50,629 nucleotides of DNA from Octopus bimaculoides (taxonomy: Eukaryota): contig NC_068985.1 in NCBI RefSeq assembly GCF_001194135.2, positions 25,159,548 through 25,210,176 of the forward strand, given 5' to 3'. Numbering within the stretch: position 1 is the first letter of the stretch; each line of letters begins with the position of its first letter. Positions 27,201-37,800 of this stretch are shown here, one piece after another. Both the position numbers and the translations under genes were made by a program. The notes under the pieces are model-generated. The model saw only the letters and a program-made list of their open reading frames with translations. It had not been told where the DNA came from and made no database searches.

Positions 27201-29857
27201 ATGCTGAGACACCACCTCCAAGAACTTTTAGTGGAATGGATCAGACCCAGTACTTATTCTATCAGTCACTTTTGCTGAACTGGGGCACAAACACACCAAC
27301 ACTTGTTGTCAAGTGGTGATGGGGGACAAACACACAAAGATAGTGTCCATCTACCAAATCCGCTTACATGGCTTTGGTTGACCTGAGTCTGTAGTAGAAG
27401 ACACTTTCCCAAGGTCCAATGCAGTGGGGCTGAATCCAGAACCACGTGGTTAGGAAGCAAGCTTCTTAACACACGTGGATCTCTTCTCACCATAAAATGT
27501 AAATTATGAAATATATGTTGAGAATACCTTTAAGAGGAAAATGGGCAGAGCATATCATTTCTGTACCTAAGAAGTGGCTGTAACATTCATATCAATATGC
27601 AAATAGTTTGCAAAAGAATGCTTTGCAATGCTGAAAACTTTAGAAAAGATATAAATAACAAGAGAGATGAGAATGGATGCAATACAAGCTTAGGGTTGAA
27701 GTACATGGTGGTTAAATGCTTTCGTATATGATTGATATTAACTGAGTATCCCATCGCGCATTTTGTGGTGCAAATATGGCTATGTCTTTACAACCATGTG
27801 ATCCTTGCTGGATTCTGCTATGCAGCACCAACCAAACCCTTTTGTAATTTGGTAGACAGAAACTGTCTGGAAGCCTGCTCATGATCTTAGGGTCAGGAGT
27901 TCAATTACTGACAGCAAGGCACTTTATCTCCCTTTGCTCCAGTCCTCACAACTAGCAAAAATGAGTACCTGTATTTCAAAGGGTCAGCCCTCATCATCAT
28001 CGTTTAACGTCCACCTTCCATGCTAGCATGGGTTAGATGATATGACTGAGGACTGGTGAAACTGGATGGCAACACCAGGCTCCAATCTGATTTGGCAGTT
28101 TCTACAGCTGGATGCTTGTTAATTTCACAAGCAAGTCATTCCGTTACTTGGATCAATTGGAAATCTCATTCTCATAACCAACAGAGTGCCAGCATGTAGA
28201 CATACACACTGACACATAGTTGTCTTTCACTGAAGGCTACAACCATTGGCAAGAAATTAAAACGCCAGTGATATTATGTTGACTCTTGCCACAAGAAATA
28301 CTGCCAACTACTGAATGGCTTAATGGAAACCTGAAACCAGAACTATTGCTCTCTAATTCCAACAAAAGAAAAATCTATGTTGCTTTTTCCATCAAATATG
28401 TAGAGGGTGGTTTACTGTAAGCTTTTGAGAAAATAATCAAGCTAATGCATGCAATACATTTCAGGTGGTTTATCAGCAGAAGATTTACAGAAGCTGACAT
28501 CAACACAAATCACTGCAATACTTCCAGACACAATACCAAAGATTGCAGCTGAATCTCTGAAGGTAACAGTTCACCATTTTTACAAGTTTGCGACATAGTA
28601 GGCTACTGTGACCTGTAAATGGTTCACTCACTTGGGAAACAGACGAGCCTAGTATAATTGTCTTGCAATACAAACTACACAATTCTTGCATTATAACTGG
28701 CCCTTGCACATTCTCTGTAGTTTCAGCCATCAGTATTAGGGCTTCCTATACTTTCTGATATGGCAGACAACTCAAAGTGTCTGCTATATCCTTCACTCAG
28801 TCCAGCATGGAAACTTTCAATGAGAAACAAAGATAAAGTGTCTGTGAGCCATGTATTTACCTTTTAAACAAATATTTGAAAGTTGTCAAAAGACAATAAT
28901 GCAAGTTCTATCACTCTTCACAAATTTTAAATCAGTGGAAATTACAACATACTACTAAGAAAATACAAATAGACTCTTGCAATGCCTACTCAATGTAGGC
29001 CTAGGTACTCTACGTCTCATAACATATTGCATTCATGTTTAACTGTGCTTTTCATTTTTTCCCTTCTTTTCAAGAACTTTCATCCACACCAGTTCAACTA
29101 TCTGACAACATCCCAAGTTCAGAAAATAACTGCAGCACAAAGCTCCGAATTAAACAGTGAACAAATAGATATCATTAAAGAAAAACTGAAATACATCAAT
29201 AGCTTACCGGAGAAAAACAATAGTGATGGTAACTATACAATTTGATTTTTAACAAACAAGCCCAGATTATTATTTTATTTTGATAGGGATTAGAAATCCT
29301 AACTAAAAGCTGTCAACACAAGCCATTAATTTTCTGATAATACCCAATTTAACAATGATTAACAACATTAATCCTTTAGCATTCAAACAGGGCCATATCA
29401 GGCTCAAAATATTCTGCCTGTATTATGCTCAAACTGTCCCTCTCACACGCACCCTACCATGTCAGTCTAAAAACAAACTCATCAAAATCTCAAAAAAGAT
29501 AATGCATAATTAATTCAAAACAATGTGAATGAATAAGCATTACATTCAACAGATTGCTAAAGGGTTATTGACATTTTCATTGTCTAAGGAAAAATATTTG
29601 AAATTAAAACATGCTTAATAGACTAATGAAATTTATGTAACAAAATTTCTTTGTAAATCTTCACTTCAAATGTTTTTATAAATGTTGTTTAAAAAGGTAC
29701 CATACTTTTAGCATTAAGGCCATTACCATTTGAAAACATGCTTCTATGATAAACTTTAGACCAATACAATTTTTTTGTCCATTTTTCTTCAGGATCTCGC
29801 AGCAATTTGAACGTCGCAGTTTTAATCTTCAGTATCCTGTTGCTCATTCTATATTAA
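1078..29857 (+). CDS. OTOA: Otoancorin-like (otoancorin/stereocilin/mesothelin family) GPI-anchored protein; multi-exon gene, 5' end not found in window
   Basis: 17 exons joined by GT-AG with consistent phases give an open frame of 750 aa (722 aa from 2298). The C-terminal half (EKAKVALGSPKSTKWSESDL...LDLNTLDLAFALGNQITW...NLLCGM...LGNIDC...KAKDVYQDVDKWSDSIIASMGAVISGLSAEDL) matches the repeat pattern I recall for vertebrate otoancorin; no search was run. Ends in a hydrophobic tail NVAVLIFSILLLILY*. The symbol means family resemblance, not proven orthology. Confidence 0.85.
1205..1234 (+). CDS. Otoancorin-like candidate exon (LKIALHIAFK)
   Basis: ttttcgtgcag|CTG...AAG|gtaatg, 30 nt, phase 0-0. 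Confidence 0.6.
1346..1590 (+). mobile_element. RTE-type LINE ORF2 C-terminus and start of 3'UTR
   Basis: Translates RKTWDEVVKQNLQTFGLTEARTSDQDLWRYAVLEKTWQAK*, a typical RTE C-terminal pattern. Confidence 0.7.
1698..2165. mobile_element. Mariner-type non-autonomous element with nested SINE (about 1764-2025)
   Basis: Imperfect TIRs: tacaagggggtgctgaaaagttcct and aggaaatttccaggagccatcata; related to the TIR at 46491. Confidence 0.6.
2298..2510 (+). CDS. Otoancorin-like exon (NKNKKDFIKL...ELGLVDK)
   Basis: ttcttcag|...|gtatgt, 213 nt open, phase 0-0. Confidence 0.8.
2710..3030 (+). mobile_element. tRNA-derived SINE (second family)
   Basis: A-box-like agtggttagg and B-box-like gagttcaattccc; similar copies at about 21640-21935 (+) and 9760-9975 (-). 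Confidence 0.75.
3346..3545 (+). mobile_element. tRNA-derived SINE (ggagtggctgtgtggtaag family), cut by a gap
   Basis: tggctgtgtgg A-box and gggttcagtccc B-box; the first about 21 nt are duplicated. Confidence 0.8.
3556..4112. other. Assembly gap (N-run)
   Basis: Other gaps at 1329-1337, 5021-5346, 15759-15768, 24146-24155 and 25096-26067. Confidence 1.
5405..5554 (+). CDS. Otoancorin-like exon (VMADEPDD...SELKLDQ)
   Basis: tttccag|...|gtagga, 150 nt, phase 0-0. Confidence 0.85.
6382..6612 (+). mobile_element. SINE (ggcagcgagctggcagaa family) nested in an RTE-tail repeat
   Basis: tRNA-like head with gagttcaaatt; flanked by tagatgtgcttccta (6355-6369) and tagatgtccttccta (6613-6627). Confidence 0.8.
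7604..7972. mobile_element. TTAA-flanked MITE (piggyBac-like termini)
   Basis: ttaacccttttgcattt...tctgaatgctaaattgttaa. Confidence 0.6.
8600..8782 (+). CDS. Otoancorin-like exon (ALAMSKKC...RDLNIDV)
   Basis: ggcag|...|gtaagt, 183 nt, phase 0-0. Confidence 0.85.
10095..10186 (+). CDS. Otoancorin-like exon (AKLLFSVLKE...KYAI)
   Basis: tttttcag|...|gtgagt, 92 nt, phase 0-2. Confidence 0.85.
10287..10651 (-). mobile_element. RTE-clade LINE 3' fragment, copy 1
   Basis: Reverse strand reads RCLRSILKIRWPEHISNMELWQRT...WNPDG*RKKGRPKNSWRR with stops; (AAAG)n-like tail. Confidence 0.85.
10910..11240 (-). mobile_element. SINE (same family as 13571) with internal (TA)n
   Basis: Reverse complement of the family body and tail. 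Confidence 0.7.
11761..11890 (+). CDS. Otoancorin-like exon (EIKDLDVK...RNLCFE)
   Basis: attttcag|...|gtaaga, 130 nt, phase 2-0. Confidence 0.85.
12737..12918 (+). CDS. Otoancorin-like exon (LVVDKELS...RLKKID)
   Basis: tttttag|...|gtaaaa, 182 nt, phase 0-2. Confidence 0.85.
13270..13360 (+). CDS. Otoancorin-like exon (LSNPVTL...DIDKIPK)
   Basis: tttaacag|...|gtaagt, 91 nt, phase 2-0. Confidence 0.85.
13571..13957 (+). mobile_element. Near full-length tRNA-derived SINE
   Basis: A and B boxes, internal (TG)n and gtaaaaga tail; matches the copy at 37961-38335. Confidence 0.85.
15045..15234 (+). CDS. Otoancorin-like exon carrying KRRRRRRS polybasic site
   Basis: tttacag|...|gtaata, 190 nt, phase 0-1; TNLESASLLL...KQAKRRRRRRSTT. 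Confidence 0.85.
16886..17252 (-). mobile_element. RTE-clade LINE 3' fragment, copy 2
   Basis: Closely similar to 10287-10651, with the same 5' boundary (agcacct) and a poly(A) tail. Confidence 0.85.
17390..17618. mobile_element. TTAA-flanked MITE
   Basis: ttaaccctttagtattcaaa...tttaaataccaaagggttaa. Confidence 0.75.
18485..18657 (+). CDS. Otoancorin-like exon (CDCELPSQLG...AEKAKV)
   Basis: ttgcag|...|gtgagt, 173 nt, phase 1-0. Confidence 0.88.
20455..20616 (+). CDS. Otoancorin-like exon (ALGSPKSTKW...TWNSDK)
   Basis: ttctag|...|gtaaag, 162 nt, phase 0-0. Confidence 0.88.
21427..21572 (+). CDS. Otoancorin-like exon (LKATFDVL...NLLCGM...SEEY)
   Basis: tttgcag|...|gtaagt, 146 nt, phase 0-2. 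Confidence 0.88.
22185..22480 (+). mobile_element. RTE 3'UTR/tail repeat ending in (GAT)n
   Basis: Same sequence as 26068-26400 (+), 40935-41215 (-) and 50475-50607 (-). Confidence 0.8.
22705..22867. mobile_element. TTAA-flanked MITE, 163 bp
   Basis: TTAA-ccctttagcattta...tgaatgctaaaggg-TTAA. Confidence 0.85.
24506..24645 (+). CDS. Otoancorin-like exon (TAARELGNIDC...SMGAVI)
   Basis: cttccag|...|gtaagt, 140 nt, phase 2-1; this frame is missed by the ORF track. Confidence 0.88.
24739..26400 (+). mobile_element. 5'-truncated RTE-clade LINE: reverse transcriptase fragment, gap, then 3'UTR with (GAT)n tail
   Basis: Uninterrupted frame LYLAFVDMEKAFDRVP...GVHQGSVLRPLLF...ELLYADDLALI at 24739-25095; Ns at 25096-26067; tail at 26068-26400. 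Confidence 0.9.
28465..28562 (+). CDS. Otoancorin-like exon (GLSAEDLQKL...AAESLK)
   Basis: atttcag|...|gtaaca, 98 nt, phase 1-0. Confidence 0.88.
29075..29228 (+). CDS. Otoancorin-like exon (NFHPHQF...EKNNSD)
   Basis: ttttcaag|...|gtaact, 154 nt, phase 0-1. Confidence 0.85.
29368..29568. mobile_element. TTAA-flanked MITE (degenerate)
   Basis: ttaatcctttagcattcaaa...gattgctaaagggttat. Confidence 0.7.
29793..29857 (+). CDS. Otoancorin-like last coding exon, GPI-type signal (GSRSNLNVAVLIFSILLLILY*)
   Basis: ttcttcag| acceptor, TAA at 29855-29857; small residues (N-S-D-G-S) precede a terminal hydrophobic stretch. Confidence 0.85.
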
Positions 29858-29961
29858 ACATGAAAACTATTTTTGAACAGCATATTAATAATTACTATTT
29901 TTAATATTGTATACATTTTCAGTTCAAATCTTGCCAAGGTCAACTTTACCCCCTATGTGTC

Positions 29962-29967
29962 AATAAA
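29962..29967 (+). terminator. Candidate polyadenylation signal of the otoancorin-like gene
   Basis: AATAAA about 105 nt after the stop; further AATAAA at 30044 and 31075. Confidence 0.4.
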
Positions 29968-31721
29968 ATGAAGTGGCAGTTAAGTAGTCCTCTCCCTTTT
30001 CTTGGCCTTGTGCAGGTTACAAACTTATTTACTCAACTCTTTTAATAAATATATAATTTCCTGACTATAGTGTATACATTAGCACATCAACTGAAGACAC
30101 TCCTAGAAATTAAATTGTAAATTATTCAAGAGCAGGTGCTTGGGACACTGCAAGTTTCAAATTCCTATGTATTAAAATACAGGCAGGACACTCATTTTTA
30201 TAATTCATCTTACATTAATATTTAAAACTTCACATAAAAAGTTTAATTTAAAATGCTAAGCACCTTTTAAAAATTATTTTTCCATTTCACTAACTAATTA
30301 AAATTACTCTATGTACACTCTACACAAAGCTGAATTCAGAGATCCCTCATACACCAATATGGATTTAAATTCCAACTAGAGATAACTTTTTTTTTTTGAA
30401 ATTATGTCTTATTTTGCATTAGTCATAATTAAACACTAAATTCAGCTTTTCTGTAATTTAATATGAATCACACTGAAATGAAGTATTTTCAAACCAAATA
30501 TGTACTTTGTCTTCTTTTTGGATCTGAGCAATGAATCGAAGGTGTTGCAGTCTGACTACCCCATTCTTTATCATAAAATTTTGGCTGAGTGTTTTAATAT
30601 AAAAATTGAAGAATTAGGTAAAATAAGTCATTATGAAGTTGTAGTATAAAACATAACATGAAATTTACAGGGAGCATCTCTGTTCCCTAGACATTAACAA
30701 TTCAAGAATTATTAGATTGGAAACGCCTCTTAGAACATGTGTACTAAATCATAAGCACAACCTGACACAAAATATAAGGAGACTAAGCAAACCCACGATG
30801 ATCCTTAATTGGACATATCTATACTTAAAGGACCTTCAGTCATGTGTCCTAGCCTGTGTTAAACAGCTACATCATGTCAAAAGATGTGTGTGGCTTTTAA
30901 ATATATAAAATTATAGCAATATTAAGCCCAGCATTGATTAACTTTTCTTGCCTGTGATTACTTGCCCTTACACACACACACACACCATAATAACTATCAA
31001 TATACTCTGGCATTAAGATTTCTTGGACATCAGATAAGAACTTCCCAGTACATTACTTTTATTAAAACTTCATCAATAAATTAATATTTAAAATGACATA
31101 AAAATTATGATTTGTTTGAGAATATTATTTAAGCTACTTCTTATCTTCTATTATCAAGAGATGTAAAATCCACAAAGCAATCAGAAGCTTAATGATTATT
31201 ACCACTCAACTACATAAATTAGGTATAAATACTAGAAATAACTCACAATATATAAGACATAGGAATCACTCAGATATTCTTATTTTCAGCATGTCAATAT
31301 TTATTTTGAAATTAAAAAAAAAAATTTTCAGAAGAGATGGGAATAAATCAGTAACAAAATTTGCTATTTCCATTACTAGGCATTGTTCACATTACTGAAT
31401 ATATCAAAGTATACAAGTTTCACACATTCCATGCATGAAGAGGTTAAATTTGATAGTAAGAATTCAGCTTTTTCAAAGCAGATGCCAATTAGTGACCATC
31501 AATATTTGCCAACAAGAGAATTAAAGAAACCCAAATGAAAACAAAAACAAAAATCACAACTGAGTGGCAATATATATATATGTATATATAAAATGTTTTA
31601 ATCCTGTAATGAGTTTATGATTGTAAATACAGATCTGCTCTTAGTTGCAGTAAAGAGAATGTTAATGAAGGTTAAAGAAATGACTTTCAAAGATGGTGTG
31701 TTCTCTCAATTATTATTCTTC

Positions 31722-31861
31722 CTAGTCATCATCCTCCTCTTCCTCTTCATCATCATCATCATCATCATCATCATCTTCCTCCTCCTCATCATCATCGTCG
31801 TCATCTTCCTCCTCCTCCTCTTTCTTTTGAACCAATTTTCTTTTCTTGGCATCAGGGTCTC
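31722..31861 (-). CDS. Nucleolin-like last exon (GDPDAKKRKLVQKK + acidic tail*)
   Basis: tttttcag| acceptor, TAG at 31722-31724, 140 nt, phase 1. Confidence 0.85.
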
Positions 31862-34800
31862 CTGAAAAAAAAAAACCCAGACAAATCAAGCATTCATTAT
31901 TAGGTAGGTAATTTGTTTAACGTCCATCCGTCCCCCATATTCCAGCTATCAAACAATGCTATGAAGATGTCCTTACTGTCAGAGATCTTCCATTCCACCT
32001 GTTCTTGAAAGCAGAGATAGAGGATGATTTTTAAACAGTGATATCAGCAAATATTTCCATACAGTTTCTATGTACCAAACTTTCTCAAAAAGCATAGGCT
32101 GGCCTAAGGCTGCTATTACTGAAAGTGTTGCAAAGAGAAAGGGCTCAAGATCATATGGCAACAAAGCAAACTATTCACGGCTAAAGTTTATAAGATATGC
32201 CCTCTACTTTCAACAAGTAACATAGGACTGATGGAAAGACGTATTGCCAATTCTTGTCATACACCAGCTAAAGAATTAATAATGGAATACATTTCTACTG
32301 CCAGTCCTTATAAAGTGGCAAAATAACTTTAGTGGACTTAAACTGAAGAAAACTAAATAAATTTAACCCTTCAGTTACCAAACCGCCCAAAGCCACCTGA
32401 AAAAATTTTGGTTCATGTAACCAAGCTGCCCATAACCACATATATTTAAATGAGACTATCAAAGAAATCTTGCTATGAAAACACGTGATTATACTGCATA
32501 AACAGTTTTGTACAATGATTGACATTTTATCTTAATTCTGTCAATTTCGGGAGTTTTTTTCTTCTGAACTTGTACCTGTTGAAAATTTGTAATTCTGAAG
32601 AAAAAAAGAAAAGAAAAAGACACCAATTTCATTGTCAAGCATCAAGTCAAAATCCGATGGATTTTTCATTGAAGATCTAGCAACCCAATTAAGAGCTGGT
32701 TATTCTATAAGGAAAAAAAAAAGCTGTAAGGAGAAAAAGCAAAGCCGGCCTTCCACAAATCACAGTTGTTTAATGAAACCAGACTAAATTTATGATTATG
32801 TTAGAAATGAATTGAAACACATAAGGGGTGTACTTTGGTTAGAAATATGGTAATGAAAGGTTAAACAAACAGAATTAAACACTGTACCTTTAGGTTCGTC
32901 CAGTTTCCTCTTTATTTCTTTCGATAATGGTACTAATTTTGCATAGAGAGCTATCAAAGGAGTGCCATGAAGTACTTTGCCCTGTACCTGTTTCAATGCT
33001 TCAGAACACAAGTCGGGTATTTCAAACTTAGCAAATGCATATCTAAAGAAAAAAAGGGAAAAATCGTGAATAAGCAATTTGTCAATGTAAAAATGTTTTC
33101 CATACCAACTGAATAATCCACTTGGTTTTCATGACAGCAAACAGAGTTTTTCTGCTTAACTATAGTAACCCAAACTGGCAAGTAAAAAAACCACATTATT
33201 GGCTGGTTGACAATTCTTTGTGCACAATGAAACCTTTACATATCCAACCTCAATAAAATAATATGCCTGTTAGCTTCTATTTCAGACATCACCCTAATTT
33301 TTTAAATTTTTTTCTTTTACATTTTATAAAAAAAATTTCAACAAAGTATTTTTGTAGGAAACATGGATCTGCCTGGGAAAAAATTGTGTAAATGAAACAA
33401 TGACAGGTACATTTTTGGGAATACATGCTTGCTAAACCTACTAAATGGGGTATCATGGTAAGGGGGAAATGTGAATCAAACATGGCATTGTACTATTTTG
33501 ATGTTAGCAGGCATGTATTGCCAAAAATGTACCTTACTCTTTATACCCAATCATGGTTTCATCAGACAGAACAATGAGTAGAAATTTTACCGTTTCCACT
33601 GCAATAGTTCTGAATACACTTTGCAGTAAAAACAGAGAATTGAAGGCTTGAGCAACACGAGATTAAATTGTGTTATGCACCAATCTTCTCTGTGAAATCT
33701 GGAATTGTGGTTCGTATAATTTTCAACTGTGTTGCCATAATGTTTTGAATTTCTTCACTTTTACCATCAAAATCTCTCTCGACCAAAAATTTATTAACAT
33801 GAATATCAGATTCATCATAAGACATTACTGTTTTCTTTTAAATTTTGTATATCATCATGTCCAAATAGCTATCCGTTGATGCCATATCAGTAAATGTTAA
33901 CAAACACACTTCACTCCAAATGTTGAAAAAACTCAGGTAGTCTCTAAAAGATTTCAAGCTATTTATACTTAAAGAAAGGTGGGAAAGACTATTTCTTCAT
34001 GTCAAAGCTACAAAAATTCAAAACCTTTTCTTTTTAAGCAATTTTGTAGAGAAGCCGATTACAGCTGGTTTGAACAAATGAAGTGATCATTTTAGCTAGA
34101 TTAAATGCTAAAAGGTAAAGTAACACTGGTTTGAATACAGTGCTGCCACATCAATGAAACACTAAGTGGGAATAATATTCAGAAAACAGGGTTTAATAAA
34201 CTGAAAAACAATAAAAGTTGTAGTTCAGTTAAAAGTCTAGTGAGGTTAAACCACTTACCCTAAAGGCACATTTGTTGATGTCTTGACTGGCAAAGTCACT
34301 TGGGCATTTGGAAGTACCTTTTGCAAATCTTCTAATGTTGTCTTTTGAGGGAAACCAGTTATGTACAATTTCTTGGGATCAAGCTTTCCTAGAATTAAGA
34401 ACATGCAATTACATATTAACAAATAGAAATTTAGTCATTTTGGTGGCATGAACCTATCTCCTTAAAATGTCTACCCATAAATCCTTCAATCATAATTTGA
34501 AGTAAGTTTTTCAGATCTGAAGAACACTGCATTGAACCTTAGCAAATACATGATTACTTTCAGATTTACAAGTTTCTTAGAAATATAACATCTTCAAAAA
34601 CCATAGTAAACAGCAAGTTATTTTAATGCAAGTCACAAACATGGAAAAAGCTGGTATCAATTAGCAATTAATTCAGTAAATTTAGACATTACCAGTAGCA
34701 ACACAAAATAGAAATGCCAATGGAGGCTGAAATGTTATCTGCACTTTATTCAGTAAATGAACAACAGACAAACAGAATAAAAGATCATGTTTATTTCAAA

Positions 34801-37800
34801 GAAGAAGCCTGAAACAAACCTCTCTAAGAACCACATCTTGATTCAGAAAAGAGACGATATATAAATTCTCCTTTTCGAAGAGAACTCAGGAAAGTGTCTA
34901 ATGATTACTCAATACATTTAGCTAACCAGACTGTAGAATTGTGCTCTGAATAGGCACAGAATACACATGCTTTATAAGCCAGACTTTACCTACTCACCTA
35001 GTTTTGTATAGGAAAAGTATAAAAGTATTAGAAATATACTGACAATTGTTGAATTAAAAAATGTTTTCTACAGCAATACTTACCAATATTACCTTTTGGA
35101 CCCTCAGACGTACTTTTTGTAGATGCAAAATCGACAAATATTGGGTTGCCCTCAAATTTACATTCTGAAAGTGTCTTAAAGTTTTTCTGTGCAGTTGCTT
35201 CATCTTTAAATTCTACAAAAGCATACCTAGAAAACAAGAGATCACTTGTTAATTTTACCAGAAAAATATAACTTTACGTCAACTCACTGACTATATCAAC
35301 AGAAAAAAGGAAAATATTGTTAAGAAGCAACTTCACAAAACTTACACTGATGAATCTCGGGATTTCCTCATTCTGACTACTAATATATCACTTGATAATT
35401 TAGAAAGTTCACTTTCTGTGATCTTTGAGGGAAGCTGTTTTACAAAAAGTGTTCGTTTGTTTCTTTCATTAAAGAACTCTGAAATGAAAAGAAAAATTCA
35501 CAATAAATTTGATGAAGATGAAATAAAATTCTCAGTTTTAGAAATATACTCACAAAGAACTATATATAAAGAATACCCAACAAAATTAGGCAGTTGAGTT
35601 ACTGCCAAATTTCAAGGAACTAATCAGAATTTAGAATTTTATGTGGAAATGAATATTAACCTTTATGTTACTATATTTCTAAGTAAAACATAACCCTTAT
35701 GAGTTTCAGTTTAATTCTAAAGTCATCACAAATTTAGACTGTTTCCATTAAATAACTGCAACTATTTTATTTATTGACAAATGTGATTTTTGGAATACAA
35801 TTGAAGAAAGGGTTCCTAATTCTATGGCATAGCTTGCCTTAAAAAAGTCGCACTAATCACAAATAAATACATGTAAATCACAAGCTAACTTCTTTCTCTG
35901 TTTCTTTACTGAGTAATGGTTCGTTCCTGTAGTGATCACTTCAAACAAGCTTACAATTGCTTGATCTCTCTACATCTTCCACCAAACCTCAGTCGCAATT
36001 TATGTTCCCAACACTAGCTAAAGGATGACCAAGTTATATTGCTAAAGTCTTTGTTATATTTAAAATTAATTGAAAGGAACAGAGCATCTCAACAGAAATA
36101 CAGTCACGAAAGGGTTAAGTGTCAGGACACAAATGTGTAAGTTACAATATAAAGTTTGATAGTGGATACATATCTATTGAAACAGCAGCAGGTATTCTAC
36201 ATTCCAACAAGAATAGGCAGAAAAGAATTGTTTACATAATCAGTTTGATTGGTCATCTTCCCCTGCTGGTTGAGTAAAGTGTCACCCAAGCTGATGTTTA
36301 TTGGTAATTAAACTTAATTTGCAACACCTGTGATCATGATTTGAGTAGACATACAGCAGTATGCTAAAGATCAGATATAACCTCTTGTGGGCAAGAAATG
36401 TAAAATAAAGTTTATTATAAACAACACAAACACTTTGTAATTTAATAGCTTTCAATGCAGTACCTGTTAAACCGAAATGATTTTTATTTAATGAAAATTT
36501 AATAAAATCTAATCATAAGTGAAATTATGATAAATACAACTGAATTGAAAACCTTTTTCCCTTGGAAATTCTGAAAACTTTTGGGAGCGAATTTTACATG
36601 AGTAGAAACTTTTAATAAATTTTATCAAGAAAATCACCTGCATAAATTACATGGGCTTTTACAGTAGTTGACAGTCTCCTTCCTACCTAGAGGAATTTGG
36701 GGCAGTTTTTGCCAAGCTGCACAGGATTACAAATGTTTCCAGCATTATAACAAATTTTTCGAAGTTGTGTTGTATGACTTGCATACATGAGACACAAAGA
36801 TGTCCAAAGAAAATTACGAAATGGTGAAATCAAAGTTTGGAAGGTGTATGAGGTAAACACTGGGTACTTATGTCACACAAAAGATGTAGTTTAGTTAGAA
36901 ATATAGTAACAAAAGAGTTAAACTGTAGCTACGATATACTTATAAATTCAACTTACTCAACTGTTCTTGGTATGCTCCTTGTAGGTCTTCAATAGGATTC
37001 TGTTGTCCAGCATCTGCTTCCATAGCTGTATCAGCTTTTTTGGCAGGAGTAGCTGCCTCTGTTTTCTTAGCTTTATTATCTTTTGGAGTTTTGGCAGGAG
37101 TAGCTGCTGCTTCTGTTTTCTTAGCTTTGTCCCCTTTTGGCGTCTTGGCTGGAGCAACCTCTTCTGCTTTCTTGGGCGTTTTTGCTTCTGTGTCTTTACC
37201 CTTACCAGCTTTAGGGGTCTTGGCAGGAGTAGCCGTCACAGCTTTCTTAGTCTTCTCCTCCTTAGGTGTTTTGGCAGGGGTAGCTGCCTTCTTAGTCTCT
37301 TTGCCACGGATTGCTTTAAGCATTGCCTCCAGATCCTTTTCATCTAGTTTTAGAAAAGCAACATCATTAAAGAATGTATGAAGTGTAAACAGAAAACATA
37401 ATATGCAAACAAAAAGAAATGAATAGCTGAAATGTACCTATTTCATCATCATCATCATCGTCATCATCCTCCTCCTCCTCATCATCATCTTCCTCCTCCT
37501 CATCGTCGTCGTCGTCATCTGATGCCATGACAAGTTCCTTTATGTGATCAACATCCATCTCTTCATCTTCCTCCTCTTCATCATCATCATCTTCCTGTAG
37601 AAATAATTATTTTATCAGAAAATTACACTTCACTACACTTATAAAACTCCATTTATACTCCCTGTAGCAATGCCGGCAAGCTAACTTTGTAACCAAAGTC
37701 ATTTAAGCTTATCATCATAGAAAATGTATCCACAAATTTTATAATAGACATTGAACACAAGAAGTGTACATGCACAAGTAAACAAAAGTAGCAGAGATTG

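Noticed and set aside
37003-37381. Plus-strand hydrophobic ORFs (MAGVAASVFLALL...)
   Set aside because: Antisense shadows of the K/A-rich nucleolin-like exon
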